Assembly (NCBI GenBank): GCA_013265495.1
Contig: MU058868.1
Location: forward strand, 940,587 to 1,004,586
Source of the DNA: Vicugna vicugna
Taxonomy: Eukaryota
DNA: 64,000 nt
Reading direction: 5' to 3'
The notes under the pieces were generated by a model. That model saw nothing but the letters and a program-made list of their open reading frames with translations. It did no database searches and was not told the origin of the DNA. Below are positions 24,327-38,110 of this stretch, piece by piece. Each line of letters starts with the position of its first letter. Position 1 is the first letter of the stretch. The position numbers and the translations under genes were made by a program.

Positions 24327-24850
24327 GTATTTGAGACGAGGTCTGCCTGGGGCGCAGTGGCGAGCCTGGGGAGCCACGAGGGGACACTCCGGGCATGGAG
24401 CACTCCTGGTGGGAGGCCCGAGGCCACGCTGACCGTGCTTGTGCCCCTGGATAGGAATGGGGCCTGGTGTGCAGAGGGCCCCTCGTCAAGCCTCCAGCCT
24501 CCTGGTTGGCCTGGGCTGTCGGTGGAGGCTGAGGCTCCTAGAGCCTCGAGACCTGGATGGTGGAGCCGAGACTCACTGCCAGGTCCCGCCACGTCCTCGC
24601 CACTCGGGTCCTCTCTCCAGAGGAGCTTCAGCAGACTGGGGCTCAGAAGGGGTGGGAGGGTCAGAGTACAGATTCTTTGGCCGGTGGATGAAGACACCCA
24701 CCGGGCCAGAGGATATAGGTTTATGTAGAGATCTTTGTAGTGTTGGGCACCTGCCCTGCGCCTTTTAGCTGAGGGCAGGAGACAGTTTCGATGCAGTGGT
24801 ATCGAGGCTGCCACCTAAGAGCCAGTGAGGGAAAGCACCCTTTGTCAGAG

Positions 24851-24880
24851 GTGTGTGCGTGTGCGTGTGCGTGTGCGTGT
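24851..24880. repeat. (GTGTGC)n alternating purine-pyrimidine repeat
   Basis: gtgtgtgcgtgtgcgtgtgcgtgtgcgtgt. Confidence 0.9.
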
Positions 24881-24957
24881 CGGACCCCAGCCTGAGTGAG
24901 CCCCTGTCTTCTGTGGACGGAGGGCTGGTGTAGGGGCAGGCACTGGGTGTGTCTTTT

Positions 24958-25680
<723 letters not shown>

Positions 25681-27304
25681 GTGTTTACCGGCCATTTCAT
25701 ACATCATGGTAACCAGGTTGCTTGGGGCTTTTGTTGTTAAGTTTATTGTGGTTCATCTCGCAACTTTGCCTAAGGTTGGTGACTCAGATATGACACGTTG
25801 CCCTTGCTTTCTGTGTCCAAGTCAGGTATGTACCTTGTCTGACTGAGTTAGTACGATGGGGTAGCGGCCTTTGCCTTGTATTGCTCCTCAGGTTTTATGG
25901 TCAGTTTACTATTATTTAGATAGCCTGTGATTGCTTATGTCAGCATGACTTTCAGAAATAGTATTTTATACTAAGTTTGAGTTATAAAGATGTCCCAGTT
26001 TATTTTATTAGGTCTGTGGGATGAAGGAAAAAAACTTGAAACAGTCATCTTTGGTGTCAAGGAAACTTGGGAATGTAAACCAGTACAGGGCACAGCTGAA
26101 GAGTATATTCAGAATGTGGTACGTTATTGACACAGATTAGAGCAGACACCAATTTAAACAGTAATTAGACAGGTCATGAAACACATAAAAGCTCACGTGT
26201 GTTTGCAGGAGGAAAACAAGAGGTGGTGTGAGATTCTTGTGGAAAGTTCTTCTAGAGGAAAGTCTGCATTTGGTTTGAGGAAGGTGAGATGGGCTGACCC
26301 AGTTGGAGCCGACCCGTCACTGCCCAGGGGACCCGTGCCCCCGGAGCCGTGGTGAGCAGAGCGGTCGGTCGGCCCAGTGCTGCCAGCCGGTCAGCCTCGC
26401 TTGGCTCTCGCCATGAGTGCGTGTCCCCTCTTGGTCTCGGGCTGGAGGCCTGAGCTCTTACAGGGGCAGTGCTGCTGGGAGTGAGGTACGGCGGTGCCTC
26501 TCCTGTGAACAGAGCTGATGGGCATGGATTCAGGCGGAAGAGGACTTTGCCTGGGTCCTGGGAGCCCCTCCCCGAGTCCTGGCCTGGCCTCCTGCCCCGG
26601 AGGCCCAGGCATGTGCCTGAGGGCCGGCTTCAGCTCTCACTCCATGGAGGACCCCAGAATCATGGGAGTCCCGTCCCAGGGCCTCAGGGACCCCGGGATG
26701 CACCCCGAGGTCTGGACTTGGTCGGAGCACGAGAAATACCCGCTGGGACTGAAGCAGGGCTGCTCTGCTGTGGTTGGCGTGGGCCTCTGCCGGCCTCTGC
26801 CTGCCTCTGCCTGCCCTTGGAACCGGGCGTGGGCCCCCCTCAGCCAGCACAGGTGGAAGCCAAGTGGGTTTCGGGCTTCTCGCCACTTGTTCATGTAGCA
26901 CATCGCAAGCACCTCTTGTGACTCTTCTAGTGTCCGGGATTTCTGCTCTGTGCACGTGGACCTCTGAGCATCTCAGACCCTGTGGCTGAAGGAGGCCCTG
27001 GCATCTCTTTGCTCCAGCTGCTGGGATTAGCTACCTCGCTGATTGCACTGTGTGTGTCCCCTGCCTTGGGGTCACATGAGTCCTGTGGTCTACGCCAGCT
27101 GCTCCGAGTGATGTCCACACGACCACCACTCACCCAGCTCTCACTTCCCGTTTCTCCCCGCCAGCCCTCACTCTGGCTAAGTGCCTTCACACTTCGGCTT
27201 ACGGCCTTGCAGCAGTGGCGTCCGAGTGGAGGCGCGGGCTTGGGGCCAGCTGGTTTGGGGCTAGCTCAGCTGGCTGCTCTGGTCGTGAACTGCTTAATGT
27301 TTTT

Positions 27305-27400
27305 AAACCTCAGTTTCCCTTTGTACGAAGAATGAAGATACTAACATCACTTTTTTGAAACGACCTTAGCGCAGTGACCAGTGAGTCAACCATTGTCATT
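27305..27400. mobile_element. MIR fragment
   Basis: cctcagtttccctttgtacgaagaatgaagatact resembles the MIR core. Confidence 0.5.
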
Positions 27401-27659
27401 ATCATCCTTTTTTTTTTTTAACTTTTAAAGCCTGAATTTTTATTGTGCCCACCCCTCTGCCCTGGTCACCTGTAAGGCTTTTTCCTGTGAACACTGCTGT
27501 TTGAGCAGGTGTTTCCCCTGCAGGAGCCTGGTCTTTGGTGATTTAATTTTAATAATTTTGGATCTATTTTTAGTGCTAACATAAAGTTGCCCGGTGCTCT
27601 CCCAGTTTTCGTAATGCCAAGTGGCTACACCTGGGGTCTGTCTTTTTAAAAAATATTTT

Positions 27660-27900
27660 ATTTTTTCACTTGAAAACTTTTCAAGCCCACTGTTCAGAGT
27701 GGATAGTGCGTGGACACCTGCCTACCCTCAGCTGGTTGCCAGCCTTAAACACCTGACCTGCCCCGTCGCTGTCTTTCCGCACATGAACTCCGCCAGCCCG
27801 TCTGAACGCAGGCTGTAGACGTCGCAGCGCTTTACCCCTACACGTCAGCGAGAGTCTGCTGAGGACAGGGGCAGCAGCCCGACCACACGTGGGAAGCGTC
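27660..27900 (-). mobile_element. L1MC-like 3' fragment, GC-shifted
   Basis: ...ctgtagacgtcgcagcgctttacccctacacgtcagc... resembles the L1MC 3'UTR motif. Confidence 0.5.
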
Positions 27901-29187
27901 GCGTCGGCAGCTTGGTCCCTCGTGGGGTTCTGGCTTAGGCTTCCCGGGAGTCTTCAGTGTGTCCTCAGGCCTGCTCGCTCCTTCCTGCAGGACCGAGTCG
28001 GGCTGCATCGCGTTTGGCTGTCACGCCTTTTCCAGCCTCTGCGGCCCAGGGCAGCGCTCCCGCCCCAGCCCCGCTCTTTGTGGCCACACTGGCCTTCTGA
28101 GCAGACTTGCGGCCACCTGGCCAGGCAGGTGTCTTGTGGGAAGGGCTCCGACTTGGCCCTCACGGAAGCCCTTGCAGGAAGAAGGGGTGCAGCTCCGCAG
28201 CGTGCTTCTCTAGGAATGGTGTCAGGGCGCCAGCGAGGGCGCCCGTGTGATCACAGCAAGATCAACTGCAGAAGACTGATAATGTGCGTCTGAAAAGCAT
28301 TCGAAAGGAAGAGAGCCAGGGCAAGCACCTTCCAGGCGAAGGGGGTTCAGATGACCTTTGAAAAGAAAAGGTCCGAGGAGCCTGTGAGGACAGCGCGGTG
28401 GCAGAGGACATGTGGGCTGCCCCACCTTGGAGGTGGGGGCAGCAGGGCTCTCCGGCCCCTTTCATCCTCCATGAGCCATCTGTGGTTGCGCTGGGAGACA
28501 GGCTCCCTGACTGCCCTGCTGTGGTTGTGGCTCTTCGCGACGACCCGCTGGCTTATCAGGTGGCTGTTGTTTGCTTTATCATGTTCTGTGTTGAAGGAGC
28601 ATTTCTCTTGGAAGGTGAGCTCCTCCTAGAAAGTTACTCATGCATCACAGTTCTCACTCCTTTTAATGCTCAGATTGTCCCAGATTTGGCCGGGGTAGCC
28701 CATGAAGCCCCTTTCACCTGTGTCCCTTCTGTGCATCTCCATCCCTCTTTGAGCAGTTCCTTACATGGGACCCAGCTGAAGACGTTCTGGGCTTCTGTGG
28801 CACTTTCTTTGTCCCAGTCCTGGAATTGGCCATTTCTCAGAGGAAACCTGGATCCTCTGAGTGGAGAATGGCATGTAGAAGCCCAGGTCTGGGCTCCGGT
28901 TGCGTCCACGGCCACGGGAGACGGAGCAGTCACAGGGGTGTGTGAGGCAGGTCTCCGGCAGCGCTGAGCCCGGCTCCCAGGGTGCTCTCAGCCTAGGTCT
29001 GATTGCTCAGCCCGTGGTGTGCCGCGCCTCTGGGGAGTGGGAGTGAGGCTGGCCGTGCTGTGGGGGTTGAGGCATCCTTGCTGGGGAAGAATGGGGACCT
29101 GAGGACAGTGGGCCCCTGGCATGGAGGTGGCTCGGTGTGGGCTCCCTTAAAGCGGGGACTTTTTTCCCCCTCACCCCAACCCAGATT

Positions 29188-29290
29188 TTCTCCCTCTTCC
29201 TTTCTTCCTTCCTTCCTTCCTTCCTTCCTTCCTTCCTTGCTTCCTTGCTTCCTCCCTCCCTCCCTTCTTTCCTTCCTCTCTCTCTCTCTT
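29188..29290. repeat. (CCTT)n/(CCCT)n/(CT)n compound pyrimidine microsatellite
   Basis: Direct reading; homopyrimidine tract, H-DNA prone. Confidence 0.92.
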
Positions 29291-30429
29291 GCGGTGTATG
29301 GCTACTTATTATTTTTCATACTTGGGATTGTAGACAAGCTTGAATCTGGATCAGTAAAAACGCACTTAAATTTAAAAATTGAAGTATAATCTACATGCAG
29401 AAGGGAGCACAGCCCAGCCGCTGCGGCTCAGGCAGGGCCCTTTGGAGAGGGCGGCTCTCCTAGTGGCGTTTTTTTGCGACCAGTGGCGGCAGAACTCGCC
29501 CCGGCTGCTGTCCACTAGGCGTTGAGGTGGGTGCGCCAGCGGCTTGGAGGCCTGACCCTGTAGCTGGGAACAGGTCAGTGTGTGCTTCGGATGTTAGGCT
29601 GTGAAGAAAACTGGGTTCTCTTGCAGCTGGGAACGTCCCTGTCTCCCTGGCGCCCTGGGTCCTCCCAGTCTTCTCCGTAGGTACTGGCGTCTGGAAGCAG
29701 ATCATTTTGTGTTGTGGAGATTTCTGTTTTCACCTTTTCTGTGTTGTGGAAGGGAACCTTTATTGCTTTATTTTTAAATTCCAGAATTTTGTAAAAATAT
29801 TAGAGGTGATCTGGCTTTCTCATGTTCTGGGTTGTTTGATCGTGTAATCTGATTGTTCTCCTCTGCTTGTTACATCAGCTACAAAGAGAGACGTGTTAGC
29901 GTCTCCCGCCGTGATCGTGGACGCGCCTTTCCCCCCGCTTGACGTTTTGTCAGTTTCTGCTTTACCTGCTTGGGGGCTCTGCTGACCCCCCGGGACTGAA
30001 CCAGGAGACTCGGGCGTGGCGGGGCTCGTTCTCTGTCCTGTGGAGCTCTGGGACTTACCTTCTTGTGGTCTCGTCCCTGTGCTCTACTCTGTCTAGTCTT
30101 GCTTCTGTAGACCCCTGGCCTCGGCCAGGTCCCCGCGGCTTGGCTTCTATTCCTTCCTGGAGCTTCAGCTCTGAGGTAGCCTTGTCTCTCTGTGGGGCCC
30201 GTTCTGCATGTGTGAATGGCTGTTGTCAACTGAAAAGCCCCACAGAATCTGGAGAGAGACTCTGGCCCAGTCTGGCCCAGAGGGTCAGAGCCACCTTGAG
30301 TCCAGTGGGCCACGATGGGGGGGAAGGGAACATAGCACAACGTTAGGGCCCTGGGCTGCTGGTGGAGGCCAGGTTCTCCTAGAAAGGAGCGTGGTGGGGC
30401 ACCAGTGATGAGGGCTTCCTGCCAACCAT

Positions 30430-30700
30430 GACTGATGGACATCAGAAATCAGCACAGGAAGGAAGCATTACTAATAAATGGTGCTGGGACAGTTGGTTAC
30501 TTATGGTGGGGAAATAAAATGAGTAATTCAGCTCTCAACTTGGGCCAAAACAAAATTCATGTGGAGTAGAAAAAGCCTTAAAAATGTGAGAAGATTGGGT
30601 TTTGTATGTGTATTTTTGCTTTTGAAAATTGGGTTATGTTGTTGCCCAATTTCTGGGCAGGAAAGAACTTCAAAAGTGTCGATTAATTTGTGAAGTTGGG
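30430..30700 (+). mobile_element. Ancient L1 ORF2 fragment (sense)
   Basis: aataaatggtgctgggacagttgg resembles L1 ORF2 'NKWCWDNW'. Confidence 0.55.
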
Positions 30701-31059
30701 TTCAGACTGTCGCATTCTCTTGTGCTGTGTTCCAGCTGACATGCGAGGAGCACTTTCTGTGTTATTACCTGTTTATTTAAAAAGCGGTGTGGGTTTGTGT
30801 TACTTTATCGCACGTGCTGCGACAGGTTCTCTTCGTTGCCCAAACGTTGTGACATGTGTGCATTCGCTTTTGCGAAGACGGGAAGTTCTCTCAGGGCGTG
30901 AAAGTAGTGAGAGAAGCCACAGGTCTCTGGACAGGGTTTTGAATCTTGGCTGTTTTCGAATCAGAGAAGTGACACTCTCGCAAACAGATCGAGTTGCGTG
31001 AGAGGTTACCAGTGAGAAAGAGGCCCCTCCTCTCCCTGGAGGTAATTATTTTTGACTCT

Positions 31060-32500
31060 CTCAACGCTTTCTCCAGCTTCCCCTAGTATTTTCTGATGCA
31101 TGCTTTAGATGCTTTCTGTTGACTTTCTGTTATGGAAAATGAAGACTGAGCTCTCCGAGCAGCTCCTGTTTCCTTCCCTCCCGTCTGGCCCGTGTGACTC
31201 ACTCACTGCCTTTGCTGCATCAGACGCGTGTTCGCGTAGTTCTGACTGGGGACGTCGCTCCGTGAGAGCTAAGCTGTGCTCTGTGCCTGCGTCTCTTTCC
31301 TGTTCACCCTTTCATTTCACCTCAGGTTAATTACTGCCTTTCTTCTGAAACTGTGTACCTTGCTATTCATACAGCTTGAAGTTTCTTCAAGACTTTGTTT
31401 CTCTGTCCTTTGAACTCGTGCTGTTACATAGTTCGTTTCTCCTGTTGGCGAGAAAAGGAAGACCTGTGCTTGATTCCCGCTTGCCTTCTCTGCTTCTGGG
31501 GCCTCCCTGTCCACCCCTTCTTCCTGGCTGCCTAGACCTCCTCTCAGAGTCGGAGGCCCTCCCCGCTCCTCCTACTTGGTCTGTGCTGCCGGCGCTCCCG
31601 ACCTTCTGTGCGGCAGCGGTCGCAGCCGTTCTTTAAGGTGCTGTCCGAGTTGTGTGACGTTTTCTGTGGGTGCGCAGTGCTCTCTTCCTGCGTCAGGCTT
31701 CCTTTTTTGCTAGAGTGCATTTCGTCACCCTAAGAAGGCGTGTGGGAGACGGACTTGAGTCCCTGGATTTGGAGGACGCTGCTTCTCTGTGCTCACATTT
31801 GATAAATGGTTTGGCTGGGTATCCGATTTTATGTTGAAAATCACCCTTCTCAGAATTTTGACGATATGAATCCATTTCCTTCCAGCAGCCAGAGTTACTC
31901 CTGGAGCACCCTGCATTTTGTTTCTCGTTTCATCGACGTGGAAGCCGTCCTCTTCCCCTCCGCCAGCAGCTGGAATGTCACCAGTGTGCCCTGATGGGGG
32001 AGTGGGATGAGGTGCTGGGGGGCTCAGTTCTGAGGCGTGTCCTCGTGTGAATTCTCTGATGAGCGTCTCTGCTTCTCCCTCGAGGAGGCTACTTACCTGG
32101 GAATCGTACATTCTGGACGGACCCTGTGGCCCTTGTGGAAGTGGTGGTTGTTCCTTGTAATCTTTTTCTTCTTTCTGGAAGATTTCTTAGCTTTTCATCC
32201 TTGCTTTCTGAGTTTTATTTTCATGGTGTATTTTAAACTTTCTGACAGCACTGCTTTTTCTTTGTTCTCTCTTCCTAGCAGACTAGAGCGCCGTCTGTGG
32301 GGTGCCATTCCTTCCAGCATCGTGTCTGTGGCCCTGCGGAGACGCGACTCTGTATTTTGGAATTGCTGCGTAGACGCCTTTCTGGGCCTTGCGGGTCCTG
32401 GGCGCCGGGTCCTCAGAGCTGCCTGCAGCCCGTGTTGGGGGGCTGTTAGCTTCTTTCAGAGGGTCTGGTTGGCCGTTGGCTGCTTAGCTGGGGGAGTCTC
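31060..32500 (-). mobile_element. Ancient L1 ORF1-region fragment
   Basis: Minus-strand remnant FQHKIGYPAKPFIKCE resembles the L1 ORF1p C-terminal motif. Confidence 0.55.
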
Positions 32501-33291
32501 CTCAAGACTCAGTGGACAGGTCTCTCCTCCGGGCGCCTTGCTTCTCTAGGAAGTGTCTTGACTCCTCATGGCCGGCGCTCTGGGTGAGGGAGCAGGGACT
32601 GGCAGTTCCCCACTGGGGCTCCCCTTCTCTCCCCTAGCTCTGGCCTGTGACCAGCTGTCTTTAACCTCACTCCATACCGGCCGTATCTGGCTCCCCCTTC
32701 TGTGGGTTTTGGGACCAAGTAGACACTTTCCTCACTCAGATTCCCCCCCCCCCCCCTTGTCGGATGCGGCAGAGTGACAGCCGTGGACATCTGGGGGTTA
32801 CTCTGTGGCCTCATGGCTGCCCTTGAAAGTCATCGGTGCTCTTCACCCTCTTCTGGGCACTGTGAGTGAGTGGCTGGCCCAGGCTGCCCAGCTGGTGGTG
32901 GGGGGCTGGGATTTGAAGCCAGACTGGCGACAGCAGCCTGCCCCTCACTGCTGGGCCCCTCTGTCCAGTGGCCCTCCTGCCGACGCCCTCTTGTCTTACT
33001 TGTTGGGCGCCTTCTCCAGTGGACCTTGGAAGGGGGGAGACGAGGGCTGCATCTGGCCAGCTTCCTCTCCCGGTCAGTTTTGAACCTTATCTAAGTCTTA
33101 TGAGTGTGTCTCCCTTTTTGGCGTGGAGCGTGGTGGGGAGAAAGAGCAGGCTGTGTTCCGAGGCTAACAGATTCTGACAGCACCAAGTAAAACAGCCTGA
33201 GAGCAGCTCCCCACTTTGTGCCGTAAATATGAGTAGATTTGCCTAATCTCGCCCTAGATTCTGACTTTCAAGTTCTAATGTTTTATTTTGA

Positions 33292-33480
<189 letters not shown>

Positions 33481-33921
33481 TAAGTACGATTTTAGAGGCG
33501 CGCTTTTACTGTTGCTCATCACGTGTCTTGTCTGAAGCGCTGTGACGCGTCTCCCGCCTGCCGCTGCCCCTCTGCCGAGGGCGCCGTGCCACGCAGCAGG
33601 ACGGGCTTCTGTGGAGACGCAGCTTATCCTTTTTATCCTTTGATGACTTGCAGAGATAATTTGTTTTATGATTTTGTTTTCCCTTGTACGTATACAAATG
33701 CGCATAATGTATACGTGTCTTAGTTAAATGTGATTGGCACTGATTTTTAAAGAAACAGGAGGGTTATATTGGGCTGGACTTCATCTAAAGCCTTCAAGTT
33801 AACTGATTTTTGTAGCTTTGGTTTCTAAACGTACCTGAAATTCTGAAAGGACCCTTCTTTAACGTGGGTTGACGTTTCTCTTTGTGTCATGACACTCAGA
33901 ATGTCTTGTGTCTCTTTCCAG

Positions 33922-34410
33922 CTGCTGAAGCCCATCCCAGGGAAGCTGAGGGCCCAGTGGGAGAGGGGCCTCGCGCAGGCGGGAGCGGCCGCGGGCATGC
34001 CTGCCGAGGAGCGCAAGGCCAAGTTCACCTTCCTCTACGCCGGGGGCCAGCTGCGCCTCAACCCCCACGTGGCGAGGGAGGCGGGCCTTGCCACGGAGTG
34101 TGTGGGGCCAGCGCTGGAGGCCTCGGGAGTCGTGGACGACGACGACACTGCCGCCCCCGCGTCCACAGGGGACCAGGGTGTTCCCGTCAAGCGGAGGCGG
34201 GGGCCCCGGCAGTGCGGCCCTGCCGAGGGCCGGGCTAGCGACCCCCCCGGGGCCGTGAGGAGCAGCCCGCAGAAGTCGGCGGAGGCCGGCCCCAGGAGAG
34301 GGCTGGGCTCGCCACCGGGGAGGAAGAAGGCGGCGGCCTCCACGCCCAGGGGCCGGAAGGGCGACGCGGCCTCGCAGTTCCTGGTCTTCTGCCAGAAGCA
34401 CAGGGACGAG
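33922..34410 (+). CDS. NSD2: NSD2 exon 5 (PWWP1 C-terminal helix, linker, HMG-box start)
   Basis: 489 nt (163 codons; human 161 as recalled), cag|CTG...GAG|gttggt; ends [18 protein letters not shown]. Confidence 0.96.
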
Positions 34411-35699
34411 GTTGGTGTTGCGAGGGCTTGAGGGGCGGTGTTTCCACGGGTGGGGCTCCTGCGCTTGAGGAGTGTCAGTGCAGGGCTGCCTGGTTCCCAG
34501 CGGTGCCGCACAGCCCAGCGGGGAGCCTCGTAGACTGGAGGTGTGCTCGGCGTTGGGGAGCAGCGCTTAAACCCCTGGCGGCAAAGCTGCCTGCCTGTGC
34601 CCTCAGGGTGACAGAAGTGTGCCTCCCAGCGCCGGGGGGGGGGGGGGCCAGGACACGGCGGGGTGGGCGTGGGCGGGCCGCTCTTTGCTTGAGGCTCGGC
34701 CTGGTCCTGAACACCGGGCCCGGGTAGCGCCTTCTCCGGGGGGGCGGTTCTGAAGCGGCCCATAGACGGTACCCTCATTTACAAACCTAACGCGGCCACC
34801 AGCACCGAGTGTGTTGAGCATTTATTTCTAAGATGTTTGAAGGACAATAATAAGAAAATTACTCAAATGACTAAAGCATTTGAATAATATTCTTAATCAT
34901 TTTCATAGAATAAACGATCTCTTCGGGCTCATAAAGGCTTGATTCCGGTGTAAGAGCTGAAGCGGTCAGGGCCCCGTTTTCGGTCTTGTTCGCTGTCACT
35001 TGGAGCGAGTGGGCTGGGGGACTTTTCTCAGGAGTGCAAGACACGTGTGACATCAGAAGATCTGACACTGCGGTTCGCTGTCGCAGGTTAAGTGATCATC
35101 TCAGTAGGCAGGGAGAAGGCATTTGATAAAAGTCGTTGCGTTTTGGTACAAAGTGAGCAAGCTAGGATTAGAAGGGAGCTTCCTTAAGTCTGCTGAAGGA
35201 TGTCTGTTGGAAACTTGAAGCAGCATCACACTTACTAATGCAGCGTAGAGGCTTCCTTTCTAGACTTGTGAGCAAGGCAGGTTGCCCTGTGTCACCACGC
35301 ACACGTGTGGTAGGGAAGTGCCCACAGCGCCGTGCGAGGAGGGAACCGCAGAGGCCTGGCTGCAGCGGGGCAGGAGGCCCACGTGGGAACTGGAGGGTCC
35401 ACACGAGATCCCCCCGGTTAGGAGGAGTCCGCAGCGCTGGTGGAGATCAGCAGTGACGTGGAGGGCGGGCGGTGTTACCAAGGCCCTGTCTGTCACAGCA
35501 GCGAAGCACGAGGCGCTGAGGAACAGGTGCAGCCGCAGAGAAGAATAGCTGCTCTGGCTGTCGCCCCGTGTAGACGGGTGCGTTCATGTGGTCGGAAGGT
35601 CCGGTGTTCTGAGGTCCCCCTGCATTAAACTGTGAATCCAATATCATCTTAATAAGATCCTAGTAAAACTCCACCAGGAGTTTTGGCCCTGGGCCCCAG

Positions 35700-36320
35700 T
35701 GGTGACTTCAGAACTCAGCTGCTGAGGAAGAAGAGCGTTGTCACTCTGGGGGAGGGGAGGGTTCCTTGAGCTAAGCAGGTCACAGAACACGTGGGGACTG
35801 TGTTAACACAAAAGGACGAGCTGTGTGCTCAGCTCAGACAGAGCTGAAGGGAAGAGGGGGAAGTCTGTGAATATGACGGCTCACAGAAGAGCCTGGTGGC
35901 CAGTGAGTCCACAGAGAGAGGCTGCTGAGCCCAGGAGAGCCCAGGAGTCGCCGTCCCGGCGAGGCGAGCGGCCAGCCCCAGTGCCTTTGGGGTCGGGGGT
36001 GAGCGACAGTGGGCGTCCTGCCTGGGCAGGCGGGGGGTCATCCCGTACACCTTGCTTCAAGAGAAAAATGCAATATCCAGTGAGACTGAAGGTTCACGTT
36101 TTTATAACTTCACTCCTAGGTGTTCACCCTAGAGAAATTTCAGCCTTGCACCCAAAAAGACAACACAGTGTTCAACACTAAGAAGTTAGAGGAGTGACAG
36201 ACTTGTATGTTCCCACAGCGTAACTAGACGGCAGTCAGGGTGGACTTACTACATGTTCAGGAGGAGAGCAAGTCGCTGAAGGACGTGAGGTCCTATTGCT
36301 TAAAGTTTGAAAAGTGCAAC
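35700..36320 (+). mobile_element. Highly degraded L1ME-like fragment
   Basis: ttcactcctaggtgttcaccctagagaaat resembles L1 'PLLGIYPRE' region. Confidence 0.45.
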
Positions 36321-37789
36321 ATACCTACTATTGGCTTTACCTACCTGTCTACCTGTCCATGCAGAAAGGGTCCCTGTGTAGCTCCAGGTATGTACCTCCC
36401 CCCAGGAGCTGAACTGTCCGGGTACCGAGCAGGGTGCGGCCACCCTGTTGGGCCTGCTGTGCACAAGGGCACGAGGGGTCAGCGCGGAGCGTGCACTGCC
36501 TGTGTCTGAGCGGGACGGCGGTCACGTGTGGGGAGGGGCACCTGCGCTCAGACTTTGGAAGTGGGGCAAGGCTGTGACAGCAGAGAACCACAGCCAGCCG
36601 CCCTCAGCCTCCTCCTCGTCTGTCTCCGTGGCCTTCCGCTTGTTTGAAACTATGAAGGAGAGTGGGTACCTGAGAAGTCACACCTTTTTCCAGGGCCACC
36701 CTTTTTGCTTCTGGGGACCCAAATTGCTCCCCATCAGTCCTTCTAGCACTAAGAAACGTGCCCAGAGCAGACGGAAGCTTGTCGCCCCCAAGGTCGCCAA
36801 CACTGTGGGCCGAGGGCGCCCTGGTGGGGGCCGTGCACCCAGAGCCCCTGGCTCGCAGCATGGCCTCGCTCTGGCTCCGAGTCCCTGCCAGATCCCGTCC
36901 TGCACAGTTCTGCTGTGGGCGTTAGGCTGAATGCAAACTGGCCCGAAGGCCACGATGAGCCCAGCTCCACGTTAGAGACCAGCGCCCCTGCCCACCCCAG
37001 TCTCTGTTGGGTGAGGCCCTCGAGCCCCTCGCTGTCATCTGGTTCGGTGCTGGTTGCGTTTGGTAGTTATGTGTTGTCCGAGAGTGTTGGCACCAGGACG
37101 CCCTCTGACCGTCATGGCCAGTGGGCTCCCGCTCCCCGTTCCTCCCTGAAGGATGAGCTCGGTCTTTCTAGATGGTTTCCCTCCGGGCTGGTGCACGCAG
37201 GGATGGTTTTCGTTTGGGTGTTAACTGGTGAATCAGTGGCCAGCCCTTGAGGGACGGAGTGGACGGAGCCTCCTTTTCTGGGGACACTCCATGGATAGAA
37301 GACCGGGACTCTCAAGGGCATTTGGTTTCCACTTGCTGGCTCTTTCTCGAGGTCAGTTTCCAGCTTTTGTCTTGCAAGTGAAGAAGAGTATTATGCTTCG
37401 TGAAATGGTTGAGTTCTTCACTGATGTTCTTTGCTTGTTGGTCTTTGTCCAGCAGACTTACCTTAGACAGGCAGCTCACAGCTGTATTTTGTGATGCTCC
37501 TGGAAAACCACGAGAGGGGTGGGGGGCACACTGGGAGCCGGAGTCTGCCGGGGGTGGGGATGGTGGCAGTCCTGGCTTGCGTGCGAGGAAGTGAGAGCAG
37601 CTGGGGGTGGTCCACTCGGACAGTTTACTGAGGGCACCAGTGTTCATAGCAGTTTTATTGGATATTTTTCGCTTCAGTTTCCAATTTTTAAAGAATCTTT
37701 CCCACCTTCTGTGATCCTGACATTTGCAGCTCCATGAGAGTCGGACCAGTGTTTCACGACTCGCGTTTGCACTAGGTGTCTGCTGTTGC

Positions 37790-38110
37790 CTGACAGGTCA
37801 CTGCACAGCTCAGTGGCTTAAAGCAACAGCCTGCATTGACCGCCTCAGTGACTGTGGGTCAGGAACGCTGGAGCAGCTTCGTTGGGTGGTTCTGCCTCAG
37901 GGCCTCACGAGGTCGCAGTGAAGGTGTCCCGTGGGGCTGCATCGTCTGAAGCTTGACTGGAGCCAGAGGGTCTTCCTCCAGGGGGCCTCTCCACGGGCTG
38001 CCCGGCCATCCTCACGGCATGGAGGCCCGCGTCCCCCGAAGCAAGTGGTCTGCGAGAGGGCAGGTTGAGGCCTTTTACACCCTCGACTTGGAAGACCTGG
38101 ACTGTCCAGA
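37790..38110. mobile_element. MaLR (MLT1-like) LTR fragment
   Basis: ctcagtggcttaaagcaacag...ctgtgggtcaggaa...gtcgcagtgaaggtgtc...gggctgcatcgtctgaagcttgactgg resembles MLT1. Confidence 0.55.

Noticed and set aside
24327-24728. Extension of the 341-aa ORF beyond SPSDKK
   Set aside because: Homology stops at the GT donor (24327); the rest is intron read-through
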